Counted from the first letter of the whole stretch, positions 12,152 to 24,474 are shown. The stretch is 63,329 bases of DNA, filler included, from Basidiobolus ranarum (GCA_040143965.1; 52 parts of 52 records of this genome joined end to end with filler, not necessarily neighbours in it), one strand, 5' to 3'. A program made the numbers and translations. Notes: a model not told the origin generated them from the sequence alone.

Positions 12152-12251
12152 NNNNNNNNNNNNNNNNNNNNNNNNNNNNNNNNNNNNNNNNNNNNTTAAT
12201 TAATTAANNNNNNNNNNNNNNNNNNNNNNNNNNNNNNNNNNNNNNNNNNNN

Positions 12252-12435
12252 CTAGAAGCCCCAAACTTTGCACACATGTTCCTGGGACCTTCCTTAACAT
12301 ATTCTACACGTTAGTTTGTTTACATCTTGACAAAACTATAAATGTCAACTTTCTACTCAATAGATCAATAAGTGAAAACCACCAATTCCACTAATTCTCC
12401 AAACCACTTCCAACAGGCTCCCAAATACTTTAACA
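12252..12435 (+). repeat. Copia LTR family L1, 3' part
   Basis: Matches ~17627-17810. Confidence 0.85.
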
Positions 12436-13375
12436 ATCAATATGCTTTATCAGCAAACTAATGGTGGAAAAATTGCTAAATATCTGGAATTTTGAATAAC
12501 ACAGACACTTGGCAAATAGCTGACTCTTGTTACCATTCACAATGAGAATAAGCTCTTAGGTTTAATAGTACAATACATATTCTGCTAGGCTAGATTGTCA
12601 CAGTGACATTCATATGTATGGTGTGGGATTGACTGAAATCCCATATGAGAATGCATGGAGGGAGCAGAATATTGCTGTAGCTCAAGTACAGCATTCTCAA
12701 GGTCTTGTATCATTGTTGAGTGACTCTCTAACTGTTGACTAGTTGCTTCTGAATGCTGCATTAATTGCAATGTTGCAGCGTTAATGCTTGTCATGGCCTG
12801 TATAGCAACTTCATAGTTTTTACTTTTGATTGCATACAAATCATTAAGGGGTTCTGCCTGCAATTCCCTTGTTGTAATAATTCTATCCAAATTTTCTACA
12901 GAGGATTGTTCCATAGTGGGCAAAGTAGCCATGTTGGAAGTTTATTGTCTTAATGGTGTTTTGGTTGAACTTTGCTCCACTATTGATTTACTACATAATT
13001 GCAGGATTACAATCTCTTCACTTGCACTATTGCTTGAAAGGAACACATCTGGTAAATTGATTAATGCTTCATCATTGGACTTGTTCTCAGTGATAGTGCC
13101 TGATTGTGCTGTATATATCATATTGGATAAAGTATTCTAAATTTTATGCGGCACAATTTGACACAATCCATCACCCTCTGGCATGATCAAATTCAATCAC
13201 ATTTACTCTAATATATAGATCCAAGGTCCAATAAATCCTGGCACAATGGAACAAGTCCATTACCTGAGTTAGTTTCCGGCATGTTAATGCCTTCCAAAGT
13301 GGATAGTGGATCGCTAGACTGTTCATCAATTAAGTCCACTGTTCTTGCTGGTTTTTTTCCTTTTGTGCCAGCAGG
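12436..13375 (-). mobile_element. Rearranged CACTA-like copy (transposase tail fused to ORF2) carrying a MITE
   Basis: 12436-12560 matches the transposase tail at 48290-48410. The rest matches ORF2 at 3920-4535. Confidence 0.75.
13077..13258. mobile_element. 182-bp MITE, 10-bp TIR GGACTTGTTC, 3-bp TSD ATT (PIF/Harbinger-like)
   Basis: ATT|GGACTTGTTC...GAACAAGTCC|ATT. The empty site ATCATTACTTGAG is present in the paralog near 4417-4429. Confidence 0.85.
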
Positions 13376-13475
13376 NNNNNNNNNNNNNNNNNNNNNNNNN
13401 NNNNNNNNNNNNNNNNNNNTTAATTAATTAANNNNNNNNNNNNNNNNNNNNNNNNNNNNNNNNNNNNNNNNNNNN

Positions 13476-14008
13476 AGATTGAGAAACTTCTCACATGGCC
13501 AACACCAAGCAACTTAACCCAAGCAAGAGGGTTTGTGCCTGCTTGTGGATTTTCTAGAATATAGATTCCCAATTTCTCTGAAATTGCAGAACCCATATAC
13601 CAACTACTGAGAAAGAATGTCAAATTTGAATGGGGACTTGATCAAGATGCTGCTATGGAGAATTTGCAGCAAGCACCACCATCACATCCAATACTTAAGC
13701 CACTAGACTATGCAGATGCCACAAGACCATCAATACTCACAGTTGACTCAAGTCCTGTTGGAGTAGGTGCTCTTTTAGGCCAGAATGATGAAGCAGGCAA
13801 TTGATATGCCTGCAGATATGAAAGCTGCTTATTCAACCCTAGGGAGCAGAGATATTCCCAGATCAAGAGAGAGCTACTTGGAGCCGTAAAGATGATTGAG
13901 AAACTGAAGGCCCAACTCAATATGACTCACTTCATACTTGAAATAGATGCAAGACCACTTATTGGGATGATCTACAGACCAGATCTACCAGATGATGCTA
14001 CCAACTGG
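13476..14008 (+). mobile_element. Ty3/gypsy RT-RNase H remnant
   Basis: WPTPSNLTQARGF, FSEIAEPIYQLLRKNVKFEW, LTVDSSPVGVGALLGQ, REQRYSQIKRELLG and LEIDARPLIGM. Confidence 0.9.
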
Positions 14009-14598
14009 TGTAGTGGGGCAGCATTGCTATCCACTGGCAGGTTGACTTATTTCCACTCCAAGCTCATATCATTACTATTACACAATTTTGATTTTATTAT
14101 CCATATTTGACTTACCCTTATTTTCTAGCCAATCATATCACACAAATTAGTATAATCCCCTATTATTTCAGAGTTAGCAGTATTAACCCACATTAGCCCT
14201 ATGATTTTCAGTAAAATTTTATAATCTTTTGGAACTTTCCACAAGATTCTTGGAATATTTGATGATTGATTTAGTTTTGACCAATCAAAACTTGATTTTG
14301 CCGGAACATTTCATGGATTACTAATCTTATGATTTCTGATGATATTATAACCCCAGATCCCCACCAATGGAATTCTCTAGAACTTTCCGGAAATTCTCAT
14401 TAGTAATCATAGCTACCTTTAGAAAAGCATGAATAGGAACCATATCTTTTCAAATAAAAATCATCCTGGTTTTCAACTAACAATTACTACTTCTGATCAT
14501 CCCTTATTTTCATCACCACTTATGAGACCTTTGAAGAGGAAGCTCAAGAGAGACTACTAGAGGCAGTTACAGGTTACTGTGTGACTAGAAAGGACTTG
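14009..14598 (+). repeat. LTR family L4, 5' part (U3 with HSE-like arrays)
   Basis: Starts TGTAGTGGGGCAGC at a sharp break in the gypsy RNase H. Paralogs at 46419-47039 and 57754-58473. Confidence 0.85.
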
Positions 14599-14698
14599 NN
14601 NNNNNNNNNNNNNNNNNNNNNNNNNNNNNNNNNNNNNNNNNNTTAATTAATTAANNNNNNNNNNNNNNNNNNNNNNNNNNNNNNNNNNNNNNNNNNNN

Positions 14699-15348
14699 AT
14701 CTACCTTCAGAAAAGTATAAATAGGAGCCATATCTTTTCAAATAAAACTCTTCCTGGTTTTCAACTAACAATTACTACTTGTGATTTCCCTTTATTTTCA
14801 TCACCACTTACAAGTCCTTTGAAGAGGAAGCTCAAGAGAGACTACTAGAGGCAGTTACAGGCTACTGTGTGACTAGAAAGGACTTGACTGGCTCAAAGCA
14901 AGTACTGACAGGTAGGTGTTATATTTCTGATACTTTATATTTTTTCCCTAGCTTTGTCTGCATAGGTAAGGAACTTTTCATCTCCTTGGATAAATCACTA
15001 CTAGTGCATCCTTGTTCAAGACCCTGCTGGCTGAGTTTACAGTTGTTTTTTATTGGATATACCCTTTTTATGTGATCATTCTCAAAGAACTTTGAAGCCA
15101 GTATACTCTTTTGTCAGGCACCAGCATGTTATTCAACTGAAAGCTGGACAATGCATTGTGGTTTATCAGTCCTTATACATTTCTAGAGGCTTGATTCCCT
15201 TTCACAAAGACCCAAGAGACAAGAGACAGACCTATATTAAAGTACATGCCAGAGTTTTTCAACCATGGTAATTGCACCCTTTGAACACCTCACAAAACCC
15301 TCAGGATATTGCAGTTTTAGTTGCTGCTTACACACTAAAACAACTACA
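14699..15348 (+). repeat. LTR family L4, 3' part (TATAAATA 14716-14723; ends ACAACTACA)
   Basis: Overlaps 14410-14598 in sequence. Tiled LTR length is about 1.05 kb. Confidence 0.85.
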
Positions 15349-15821
15349 GCATTTAAAGTTAAAACAACTCTGATGGCAATATAGAAAGATACAAGGCTAG
15401 ACTAGTAGCCCAAGGCTATTCCCAAACACCAGGAATAGAGTATACAGAAACTTTTGCTCCTTTAGCCAAGTTTATTTCAATCAGATTGATTTTACCAATT
15501 TCACCTATATATCAGTTAGTTATACATCAAATGGATATTAAAGCTGCTTTTTGAATGATGAACTTGCTGAGGAAATCTATATGAATGAGCCAGATGGACT
15601 TGTGGACCCAGAAAATCCTAAAAAAGTTTGCAGACTCCAGAAAACACTCAATGGCTTAAAAAATCTCCAAGATCACGGAATAGCAAGATGGACACTTTTT
15701 TGGAAACACTAAAATTCAAAGAGTAAAGCTGACTATGATATCTACTTCAGGCCTGAAAAGTCAAACCCAGTCTTATTAGCCTATATGTGGAATAACCTTA
15801 TTATAGCAACCAATGACTTGA
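15349..15821 (+). mobile_element. Ty1/copia RT remnant
   Basis: [25 protein letters not shown] and IHQMDIKAAF; frameshifted. Confidence 0.9.
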
Positions 15822-15921
15822 NNNNNNNNNNNNNNNNNNNNNNNNNNNNNNNNNNNNNNNNNNNNTTAATTAATTAANNNNNNNNNNNNNNNNNNNNNNN
15901 NNNNNNNNNNNNNNNNNNNNN

Positions 15922-16370
15922 TTTAGCAATTTTTCCACCATTAGTTTGCAGCTAAAGCATATTGATGTTCTCAAGTGATGTCTGATCAGTCAAGTATGTG
16001 CATATATAGAGACTAAACACAACAAGATTCTTGTATTTTTTGATATCATTGTTGTGGGAATACAAAGCTAAAAATATCTCAATAAAGGCATGCATATTAA
16101 TTCAAATTCCTACTACAATAAACCCAGTAATTTACCATTCAAAAAATAAATTTTTGCAAAAATGCCAGAAATTAAATGATGCATGCTAAATTTGAGGATC
16201 AATATTTTCACATAGATGAATACTGTCAAGATACAGTCAAGAAGCCACCATCATGCCATCAAAATCCCTGGCAGAATGCAAGCCACCAATATTATGACAG
16301 TTCTCTGATGGTATTGCAATTCCTAAGGGTGGATCTGATCCAGATCAAATTGATTTTATTTTTGTTAGGG
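15922..16370 (+). mobile_element. CACTA-like transposase tail and end B (...TTTTATTTTTGTTAGGG)
   Basis: The same terminus with different flanks occurs at 25375, 27078, 30848, 35578, 47880 and 61933. Confidence 0.85.
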
Positions 16371-17044
16371 ATTAATAGAAGCATACATGTAGGCACTGCG
16401 CATCATTTTCATAGAGAGACTATAGAGAATAAGTTTATTGACTTAACTTATTGTTCTACAGAAGAAATGATTGCTAATATATTAACCAAACCATTAGCTA
16501 GGCAGAAATTTGAGAAACTTTGGGGGGAGACAATCACTAACAGGTGAAATCTCTATTCCCAACAAAACAAAGAAGCCATTGTTGAAATTAGCATTGTCTA
16601 AACTCCTATATAGTTGAATATAGCTTAGTACTTGGTAATCTTATATATCACTCAGATATTATCTATCATTCTCAATTGGAATTTAATTAGATTATCTTTA
16701 CCAACTTAGTAGTTCTCAGATATATTGATTTTTCAAACTTGTGCCAGAGGCCCCAAGCTTTGCACACATGTACCCGGGACCTTCCTTAACACATTCACAA
16801 GTTAGTCTGCCTACATCTTGACAAAACTATAAATGTCAACTTGCTACACAATAAATCAACAAGTGAGGACCACCAATTTGTCTAATTCTTGAAACCACAT
16901 CCAACATGCTCCAAAATACTTCAACAGGTTATGAGCCCCAAGCTTGCACTCTCTGGAATGTCTACTTCTCAAATCTATGGAACTTTTCCCTCTGCTGAAA
17001 AATTGGATGGAACCAATTATCAAGTTTGGAAAATTAAAATGAAA
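16371..17044 (+). mobile_element. Copia RNase H tail, then L1 5' LTR (16580-16926), PBS GGTTATGAGCCC and gag start (16958)
   Basis: MIANILTKPLARQKFEK; LTR TGTTGAAATT...CTTCAACA; gag MSTSQIYGTFPSAEKLDGTNYQVWKIKMK. Confidence 0.9.
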
Positions 17045-17208
17045 NNNNNNNNNNNNNNNNNNNNNNNNNNNNNNNNNNNNNNNNNNNNTTAATTAATTAA
17101 NNNNNNNNNNNNNNNNNNNNNNNNNNNNNNNNNNNNNNNNNNNNATATAGATCTCCTCAGCAAGCTCACTATTCAAAAAAGCAGCTTTAACATCATTTGA
17201 TGTATAAT

Positions 17209-17881
17209 TGTTGGATAATTAATCTTTATTCAACATCATAGTTAACTTTAGTTATGATACATATATCAGAAACAGAAAGCAACGTATCTATAGCCCCTAT
17301 ATAACAAATAGGAATATCTCTATATCTATATAACAAGTATGTCTTATTACCCCCACTTATCTATTAAATCTTATTACACAAACTCCTTAATATCTCAAAC
17401 AATTGATTTACTTTTCTACTATATAAGTCACCATATACTCTTAAGAATAAAGTAACTAATGTTGAAATTAGCATTGCCTAAACACCTATATAGTCATCTA
17501 TAACTTAGTACATAGTTATCTTATAACTCACTAAGATATTATCAATTATTTTCAATTGGAATTTACTTGGAATATTTTTACCAACTTAGAAGTTCTCAGA
17601 TATATAGATTTCTTTTCAAACTTGTGCTAGAAGCCCCAAACTTTGCACACAGGTTCCTGGGACCTTCCTTAACATGTTTTACACATTAGTTTGTTTACAT
17701 CTTGACAAAACTATAAATGTCAACTTCCTACTCAACCAATCAATAAGTGAAAACCACCAATTCCTCTAATTCTCCAAACCACTTCCAACAGGTTCCCAAA
17801 TACTTCAACAACTATAACACACTATCATAAGCTGCTTCCAATACTCAAAGTCTACCCCCATTATGTCAAGATCCTCCAACA
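17209..17881 (-). repeat. Solo LTR family L2 with perfect 5-bp TSD ATAAT
   Basis: ATAAT|TGTTGG...CCTCCAACA|ATAAT. Matches 55488-55805 once the inner insertion is removed. Confidence 0.9.
17460..17810 (+). repeat. Solo LTR family L1 (351 bp) nested in L2, TSD ACTAA/ACTAT
   Basis: TGTTGAAATT...CTTCAACA. The empty site TAACTAAAACAC is seen near 37990. Confidence 0.9.
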
Positions 17882-18367
17882 ATAATATACTGATAATTAG
17901 CTGAAACTGCTAAAATCAATCTAATTGAATTAAACTTTGCTACAGGAGCAAAAGTTTCTGTATAATCTATTCCTGGTGTTTGGGAATATCCTTTGGCTAC
18001 TAGCCTATCATTATACCTTTCTATGTAGCCATCAGAGTTGTGTTTAACTATAAACACCCATCAGCAGTCAATTAATTTTCTATCATCAGGTATGTTAGTT
18101 AAAATCCAAGTTTGATTATCAATCAAAGCCTGGTACTCTTCAGCCATTGAAGATCTCCAAAATTTTGTGTGAGGGCCATTCAGGGCCTCTTTTACAGTCT
18201 GGTGTATTTGAGCTGTGCAGGCATAGGCACAATTTTGGGACTCATTGATATAGTAATCAGGGCTATTNNNNNNNNNNNNNNNNNNNNNNNNNNNNNNNNN
18301 NNNNNNNNNNNTTAATTAATTAANNNNNNNNNNNNNNNNNNNNNNNNNNNNNNNNNNNNNNNNNNNN

Positions 18368-19489
18368 GACTCTTCTAAGTAGTCTACCAGAACAGTATTC
18401 AAACTTGGTCACAGCTTTGGAAGCAAGATCTGACAAGGTGTCTTTGGAGTTTGTGGTAGCAAGGCTAATGGATCAACACCTCAGAAGTAAGAATTTGGAA
18501 AAGAATCTGAGGAAGTGGCTCTGTTTGGAGCTGGAAAATATAACTTTGGCAAGTACAAAGGTTACAAAAGAAGGAAACCAGGTTTATGCTATGGTTGTAA
18601 CAAACCAGGACACCAGATAAAAGATTTCACATCAAGCAATTACAACAAAAATGAGAAGTCAGAACAAGCAAATTAGGTTTCAACCAAAGAGGAAGTTTGA
18701 TTCATTTCAGCCCTATCAGTGACCTCTGAACAAGAATGTAGGTTGTGGTATATTGACACTGGAGCCTCTCAACATTTCTCTAATCAAGAAAACTGTTTTA
18801 AGACATTGAAAACTGACATAAACAAGAAGGTTTATACGGGATATGACTGGACACTAGGAGCTATGGGAGTGAGCAAAATTGAAGTGGATGTTGAGGGCAT
18901 CTCTGGGGACATGTATTTGACACTGAAAAAAGTGCTATATGTGCCTGGGATAGCAAAAAATTTGTTATCAGTGAGTAAAGCCACATCTGAGGGATATAGC
19001 TTTGATTTTGATCAAAATGGCTGCACAGTCAGGGATCAAAAAGGGAGTTATGCAGCTTCTGGAGCTAAGCAAAATAACTTATATAAACTTCATTATATTA
19101 GGCCCATATATTACAAAGTTAATACCACCACAGCTGAAGAGATTGACTGCAAAATCTGGCATAGGAAATTGGATCATCTAGCAGCTGAAAGCTTGAGAAA
19201 TTTAATCAAAAAGAAGATGGTTTTGGGACTACATTTTGTAATTCCACTGGATCTGGAGCTATGTGAAGGTTACCTATATGGTTGGCAACACAGACAGACA
19301 TTTGTGGGCTCTGGAATGAGCAAAATTGATCAACAATTGGGCCTGATACACTCAGATCTGTGTGGCCCAATGCAGACAAAATCCTTGGGCAAAAAAAAGT
19401 ATTTTATGACCTTAATTGATGATAAGACAAAGTATACTTGGGTGTACTTTCTGGCCAGTAAGAATGAAGCCTTTGATACCTTCAAGAAG
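18368..19489 (+). mobile_element. Ty1/copia gag-protease-integrase remnant
   Basis: WYIDTGASQH (protease), WHRKLDH..CEG (HHCC) and IHSDLCGPM..LIDDKTKYTWVYFL (integrase). Confidence 0.95.
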
Positions 19490-19589
19490 NNNNNNNNNNN
19501 NNNNNNNNNNNNNNNNNNNNNNNNNNNNNNNNNTTAATTAATTAANNNNNNNNNNNNNNNNNNNNNNNNNNNNNNNNNNNNNNNNNNNN

Positions 19590-20040
19590 TCAGCATCATA
19601 ATCTTCCAGTTCCCAATCGGAGATGAGCATATTTAGCGAGTCAAAGAGAGCGTCTTGTGCATGACTTAACTCTAATAATAGCCTGTGTTAATACATATCC
19701 TGCATTGAATATACTTTCCTTTTCATGACTTACCGTCAATCTTATCGAGAAGTCCCGAATCTAGAACATCCCTTGTGAGCATTAATATGCCGTCGAACCG
19801 ACTGGCATCCTCCAAGTTACAGTAGTCTATGGACATGGTGGAGTGAATCATTCTTGATACTTGCTTTATGAGTTTTAAGCTTACTGTGGGTTGACGTCTG
19901 ACGCTACGAGTGTGCTTCATATTGATAGTGAGTTGTTGAAGGATGTGAGGAGTCTTCTGGTATTTATCTGTACCCATTGAGGTAGTGTTTCATCTGTCTT
20001 CACAGTATCCCTCAACCGGTTTGTCATATCCTTAGAACCT
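19590..20040 (-). CDS. Probable intron-containing host gene fragment, unknown function
   Basis: CpG retained. A GTAAGT...ATTAG intron joins MLTRDVLDSGLLDKID to ELSHAQDALFDSLNMLISDWELEDYDA in frame. Upstream structure unresolved. Confidence 0.35.
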
Positions 20041-20862
20041 GAGGTTTATGAGAGAAATGTAAAAGGTGACGCAGTTAGTTGATCTGAGTAACCCAGAGGG
20101 TAGTGGTCCTTCCCTTACTGAATCGATTTTAGGGTTGACCCACAAAATCCCCGACAAATGGATGTCTCTTATCCAAACATCCATCCATTGTAACCCATCT
20201 TATCGAAAGTTCCGATGGTTTTGAGGAGCTTTCATTAATTTACATGAACGATTGATATGAAATCAAAATCAATCGTAATGTACACTTACTTTCCATGAAG
20301 CCAAGTTCAAAAGGAATAAACTGTCAATATTGTTTTGAATTCTTACTAGTAAAAGTGTTTATTAGGATTATCTAGATATCTTTTCTTGCAGGTCGAGAGT
20401 TCATTACTACTTAGAATGTTATTGACAATTTAGATGTATACCAATCATAATTTACTTTCCCAGTCAACTCAAGAATTATCAGGTGTTCTATGCAGCGTTC
20501 AATTGCTTAAAAGTGATGAGAAAATATTCGCTCATTGTGAAATGTCACAAAGATGTCTATATCAAAATCCTTAAATATATCGTGGGTCGAAATACTCAAA
20601 CATATCGTGTGTTTGAGGGACATCAGTGCAAAAAGAAATTTCAGTCTACAATTTTCATCCACATGATCTTTTCGGACAGGGATAACTGTTTCTATTGTAA
20701 CGTCATCATTTNNNNNNNNNNNNNNNNNNNNNNNNNNNNNNNNNNNNNNNNNNNNTTAATTAATTAANNNNNNNNNNNNNNNNNNNNNNNNNNNNNNNNN
20801 NNNNNNNNNNNTGATAATCTTAGTTTAAAACAAAGTGAATGCTAACTGAAGTAAAGCTATAG

Positions 20863-21932
20863 ATTATTAGGCTTATATGGAATCTATTCTATGTTGATTT
20901 CCCCGCTTATGAAAGCAACACATTCCAAGGCTTATTATACCAAATTGGTTTATGGGATTTTAAATAATATCTCTCAACTTGATGTCCCACAAATTGGGTA
21001 AGTATAAGATGCTGGTTGTTCGTTACATACTGCTGCTAACGAGTCGATTGCATATAATCAGTTCCAAAGAAGTGATTGCCTGGGAGTCATTTGAACCTTC
21101 AAACGAGAAATCCTCCGACGAAAGTCAAGTTAATCTGGTTGCGCTCAAGTGTTTCCAGCAGCTTTTAGATAGTAGTACACCGTTGAATTTATTTTTGATA
21201 GTAGATTCAGTGTTTAGGTATTTATTTTCACGCTATTACACACGTCAAGTTACTCCTGACTAACGAATTCATTGTAGCTATATAACCAAATACCAATTAT
21301 ACGAGAATTCTCAATTTCCCATCGACGTGGTTTCATTTATGATGTCAACAGTAGCGGTAATTGTCGTAGTTCCCTGGTGTATTCTATAGTAGGCGAGGCT
21401 AGCTAAACCCATATATTTCTATTTAGTCGTCGTACTGCCACATCATTGTAAATGAGATCTTGAAGCTATTGAACGAATGTCCCATGGACGAAGCTAGTCA
21501 TAAGAACGTTGCACTGGTAAAGGTAGTTGAGTCCAGTTTAAATTCCTCTACAGCTAGTGTTGGAATCTCCGTTCTCGAGTATCTAAGCTCTTTTGTTGGC
21601 CACCTTCGAGGAATCTATCGTGGTAGTGAGGCAGCCAACATGACCGTAGAGTTTTCTCCATTAGAGATGGATCTCAAGTGTGGATTGCTGTCAGCAATAA
21701 GTAATTATATTAATGATTTCCATTTAAATCAACTATATACACCTACTGACATCCAACTTGTAGCCGGCTTAGGAACGCATTTGTATTATTCAGAGCAGAT
21801 CAACGACATGTTGGCATTTTTGATCAACAAGCTACAACCTATCGAAACCGCCATTCCGGTCACCTCCTTTCAGCTTGATTTGCTCAAATGTATGAGCACT
21901 TTAACTGAAACCAACAAGTCAAGAAATGACGT
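20863..21932 (+). CDS. EFR3: EFR3-like plasma-membrane scaffold (PI4KIIIalpha/Stt4 recruiter), internal exons
   Basis: Introns 20998-21061, 21218-21277, 21357-21426 and 21701-21763, mostly with CTAAC/CTGAC-type branch sites. Spliced motifs VGISVLEYLSSF and GLGTHLYYSEQINDMLAFLINKL resemble fungal EFR3. Confidence 0.75.
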
Positions 21933-22032
21933 NNNNNNNNNNNNNNNNNNNNNNNNNNNNNNNNNNNNNNNNNNNNTTAATTAATTAANNNNNNNNNNNN
22001 NNNNNNNNNNNNNNNNNNNNNNNNNNNNNNNN

Positions 22033-23153
22033 ATATTTAAATTCTTGGCAATATCTGGAACATGTAGCACACCCTTAAAAGTATAAACTTTCTCTTCAGA
22101 AGCTCCAGTGAAATTGACTTGAATTGTTCCCATTCCAATAGCATCCAATGTGTGGTCATCTCCCATGTAAACCTTTCTAATTGGGATTTCTTCATAAACC
22201 GCCAACCAATGTTTTTCATTTGTGAAATGTTGGGAAGCTCCAGAATCAATATACCACATCTGAAAATCCTTGTTGGTAGTCATAGATAGAGCAGATATGA
22301 ACAAGTAATCTTCTGTTGTAAGCACATTTCCAGATTCAGTACATTTTTCTTCTTTAGCAATTCTTTTAAAGCAATCTTTGCTTAAATGGCCAGTTCTTTT
22401 ACAGTAACCACAGAATGTGTTACTTTTCTTCTTAAAGTGCTTTTGACCTTTATAGGAAGGTTTCCCATAGCCTATTAGAGCATTTTCCTCATTCTTTTGG
22501 TTGAGTTCTGATTTGTGTAAATCATCATCCAGAAGTCTGCCAAATATATAATTCAAGGTCAAATTTTCAGTTCTTGATTCTAGAGCCATTACTAGGCTCT
22601 GAAACTCCTGTGGCAGGCTATTCAGGACTGTAACTATGATATCTTGATTAGTGGTAGGTACTCCAATGCATTCCATTTCATCCACTAAAGGAGTGACTCT
22701 ATTAATTAGTGATTTAATGTCTTCTCCTGGCTTCATCTTTAAGTTAAAGAATTATCTTTTTAGAAACATCTTGTTGGCAGCAGAACTTGTTTGGTAGGTG
22801 TCTTCCAAGGCTTTCCATACCTTCTTGGGAGTTTTAGCTCTTGAACATTGAATTAGCAATTTGTCTTTAGCATTATGACAAATTGTGTTACAATAGTATC
22901 CCAAAGTCCTTTTTCTTGCAGCAGCATTTTCATTTGAATTTTCTAAATTTGATCATTAGTACCATCCAATTTTTCAGAAGAGGGAAAAGTTCCATAAATT
23001 TGAGAGGTAGACACTACAGAGAGTGCAAGCTTGGGGCTCATAACTTGTTAAAGTATTTGGGAGCCTGTTGGAAGTGGTTTGGAGAATTAGAGGAATTGGT
23101 GGTTTTCACTTATTGATTTATTGAGTAGAAAGTTGACATTTATAGTTTTGTCA
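22033..23153 (-). mobile_element. Ty1/copia L1 family 5' end: LTR (23046-23153), PBS, gag with CCHC knuckle, protease
   Basis: CGYCKRTGHLSKDC; WYIDSGASQH; PBS AGTTATGAGCCCC. Confidence 0.95.
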
Positions 23154-23253
23154 NNNNNNNNNNNNNNNNNNNNNNNNNNNNNNNNNNNNNNNNNNNNTTA
23201 ATTAATTAANNNNNNNNNNNNNNNNNNNNNNNNNNNNNNNNNNNNNNNNNNNN

Positions 23254-24374
23254 ACCTTGTAATAAAGTTTTCATATCCATTTACAAAATCGTAGCCCAGC
23301 TGCCGTATCTGCCTGAGATCTGCCAATGTGAGTTGATGCTGTAAGAATATATTAACAATATCCACAAACAACTCCCAATTTTGCCAATATTCATCAGGCA
23401 GAAATCCTTTCAAGATTCTACTTGAATATTTACAATTCCAATACTTCCAGTCTTTGCATTTAAATAAACTCCTAGATGAGTGGGTATAGATGTGAGTCCT
23501 GGAAAAATATGATGGGATCTTGATGTTTTCAAGTATCTTCCCAATCAATTCAAACTTTGATCTCATCTCAAATGGCTCATTCTTGGTGAATTTTCCACTA
23601 TATAGCTGAGTAAGTAGTATTGGAATGTTGCAGATTAGTAAGTGCATGGTGCCTAATGGAAAGCTCTGGCTCCAGCTGAGCCCCTTTAGCAACCTAATCT
23701 TAGGCTTATGGCCAATGCCAAGTTTGATGTTAAAATGACTATTTGGTGAATGGAAATTAGTGATTATGTTGAAATCTGACCAGGCTCTTAATGGTAAAAT
23801 CATTGAGTTTAGGTTTGTACTTGGATAGTAGTAATGAGTATGCCTCATAGAGTAGACTCCTTTGATCTGACAAAATCTACAGCAAGATAGTGCATTGTGC
23901 CCACAAAAACCTCCAAGCTTGCTGATGGCAGGAGTGTCACCTATACATTAAAAAATATTAGCTTTGGTAAAATATTCACCAATCTGAACCCCCATTAAAT
24001 AACCATTCAAATTCCACAATCAAAGGCTTGAAGAAGCAATCTATAAGCATTGGTGATTTAAGTCCAGATATGATGGATAGTGTCAAAATATTATGCCTCT
24101 TATATCATTCAGGAGGAGGAAGATTTATATTAATTAAGTTTATTGGCCAGCCAGCCTTACCAACGGTATATTTGTTGAGCAACAAACTATCCAGAGCCAA
24201 TGCAAGTGCATGATCGTATGTTTTCTCAAAGAAACCCTGACTTTTCAGATTCTACTAGTGCTATCCATCATGTATATTGGTAATACCATCAGCTTTATGG
24301 TGAGTACTTTGGTATTGGATCATTGATATATATTTGGGTGATTTCATCAAAACTTTGAGATGGGGAATGAATTG
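23254..24374 (-). mobile_element. CMC/CACTA transposase remnant
   Basis: ALALALDS, GDTPAISKL..CRFCQ, FPLGTMHLL, FKCKDWKYW and LPDEYWQNWELFV. Confidence 0.9.
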
Positions 24375-24474
24375 NNNNNNNNNNNNNNNNNNNNNNNNNN
24401 NNNNNNNNNNNNNNNNNNTTAATTAATTAANNNNNNNNNNNNNNNNNNNNNNNNNNNNNNNNNNNNNNNNNNNN

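Larger units (their letters stand above)
17145..18267 (-). mobile_element. Ty1/copia RT remnant hosting nested solo LTRs
   Basis: [33 protein letters not shown], interrupted at 17209-17881. Confidence 0.9.

Noticed and set aside
14869-15075. Recurrent short ORF MTRKDLTG... (also 58294 and 60203) as a conserved small gene
   Set aside because: It starts at GTG inside the L4 LTR. Recurrence is explained by repeat copy number, and there is no protein motif.
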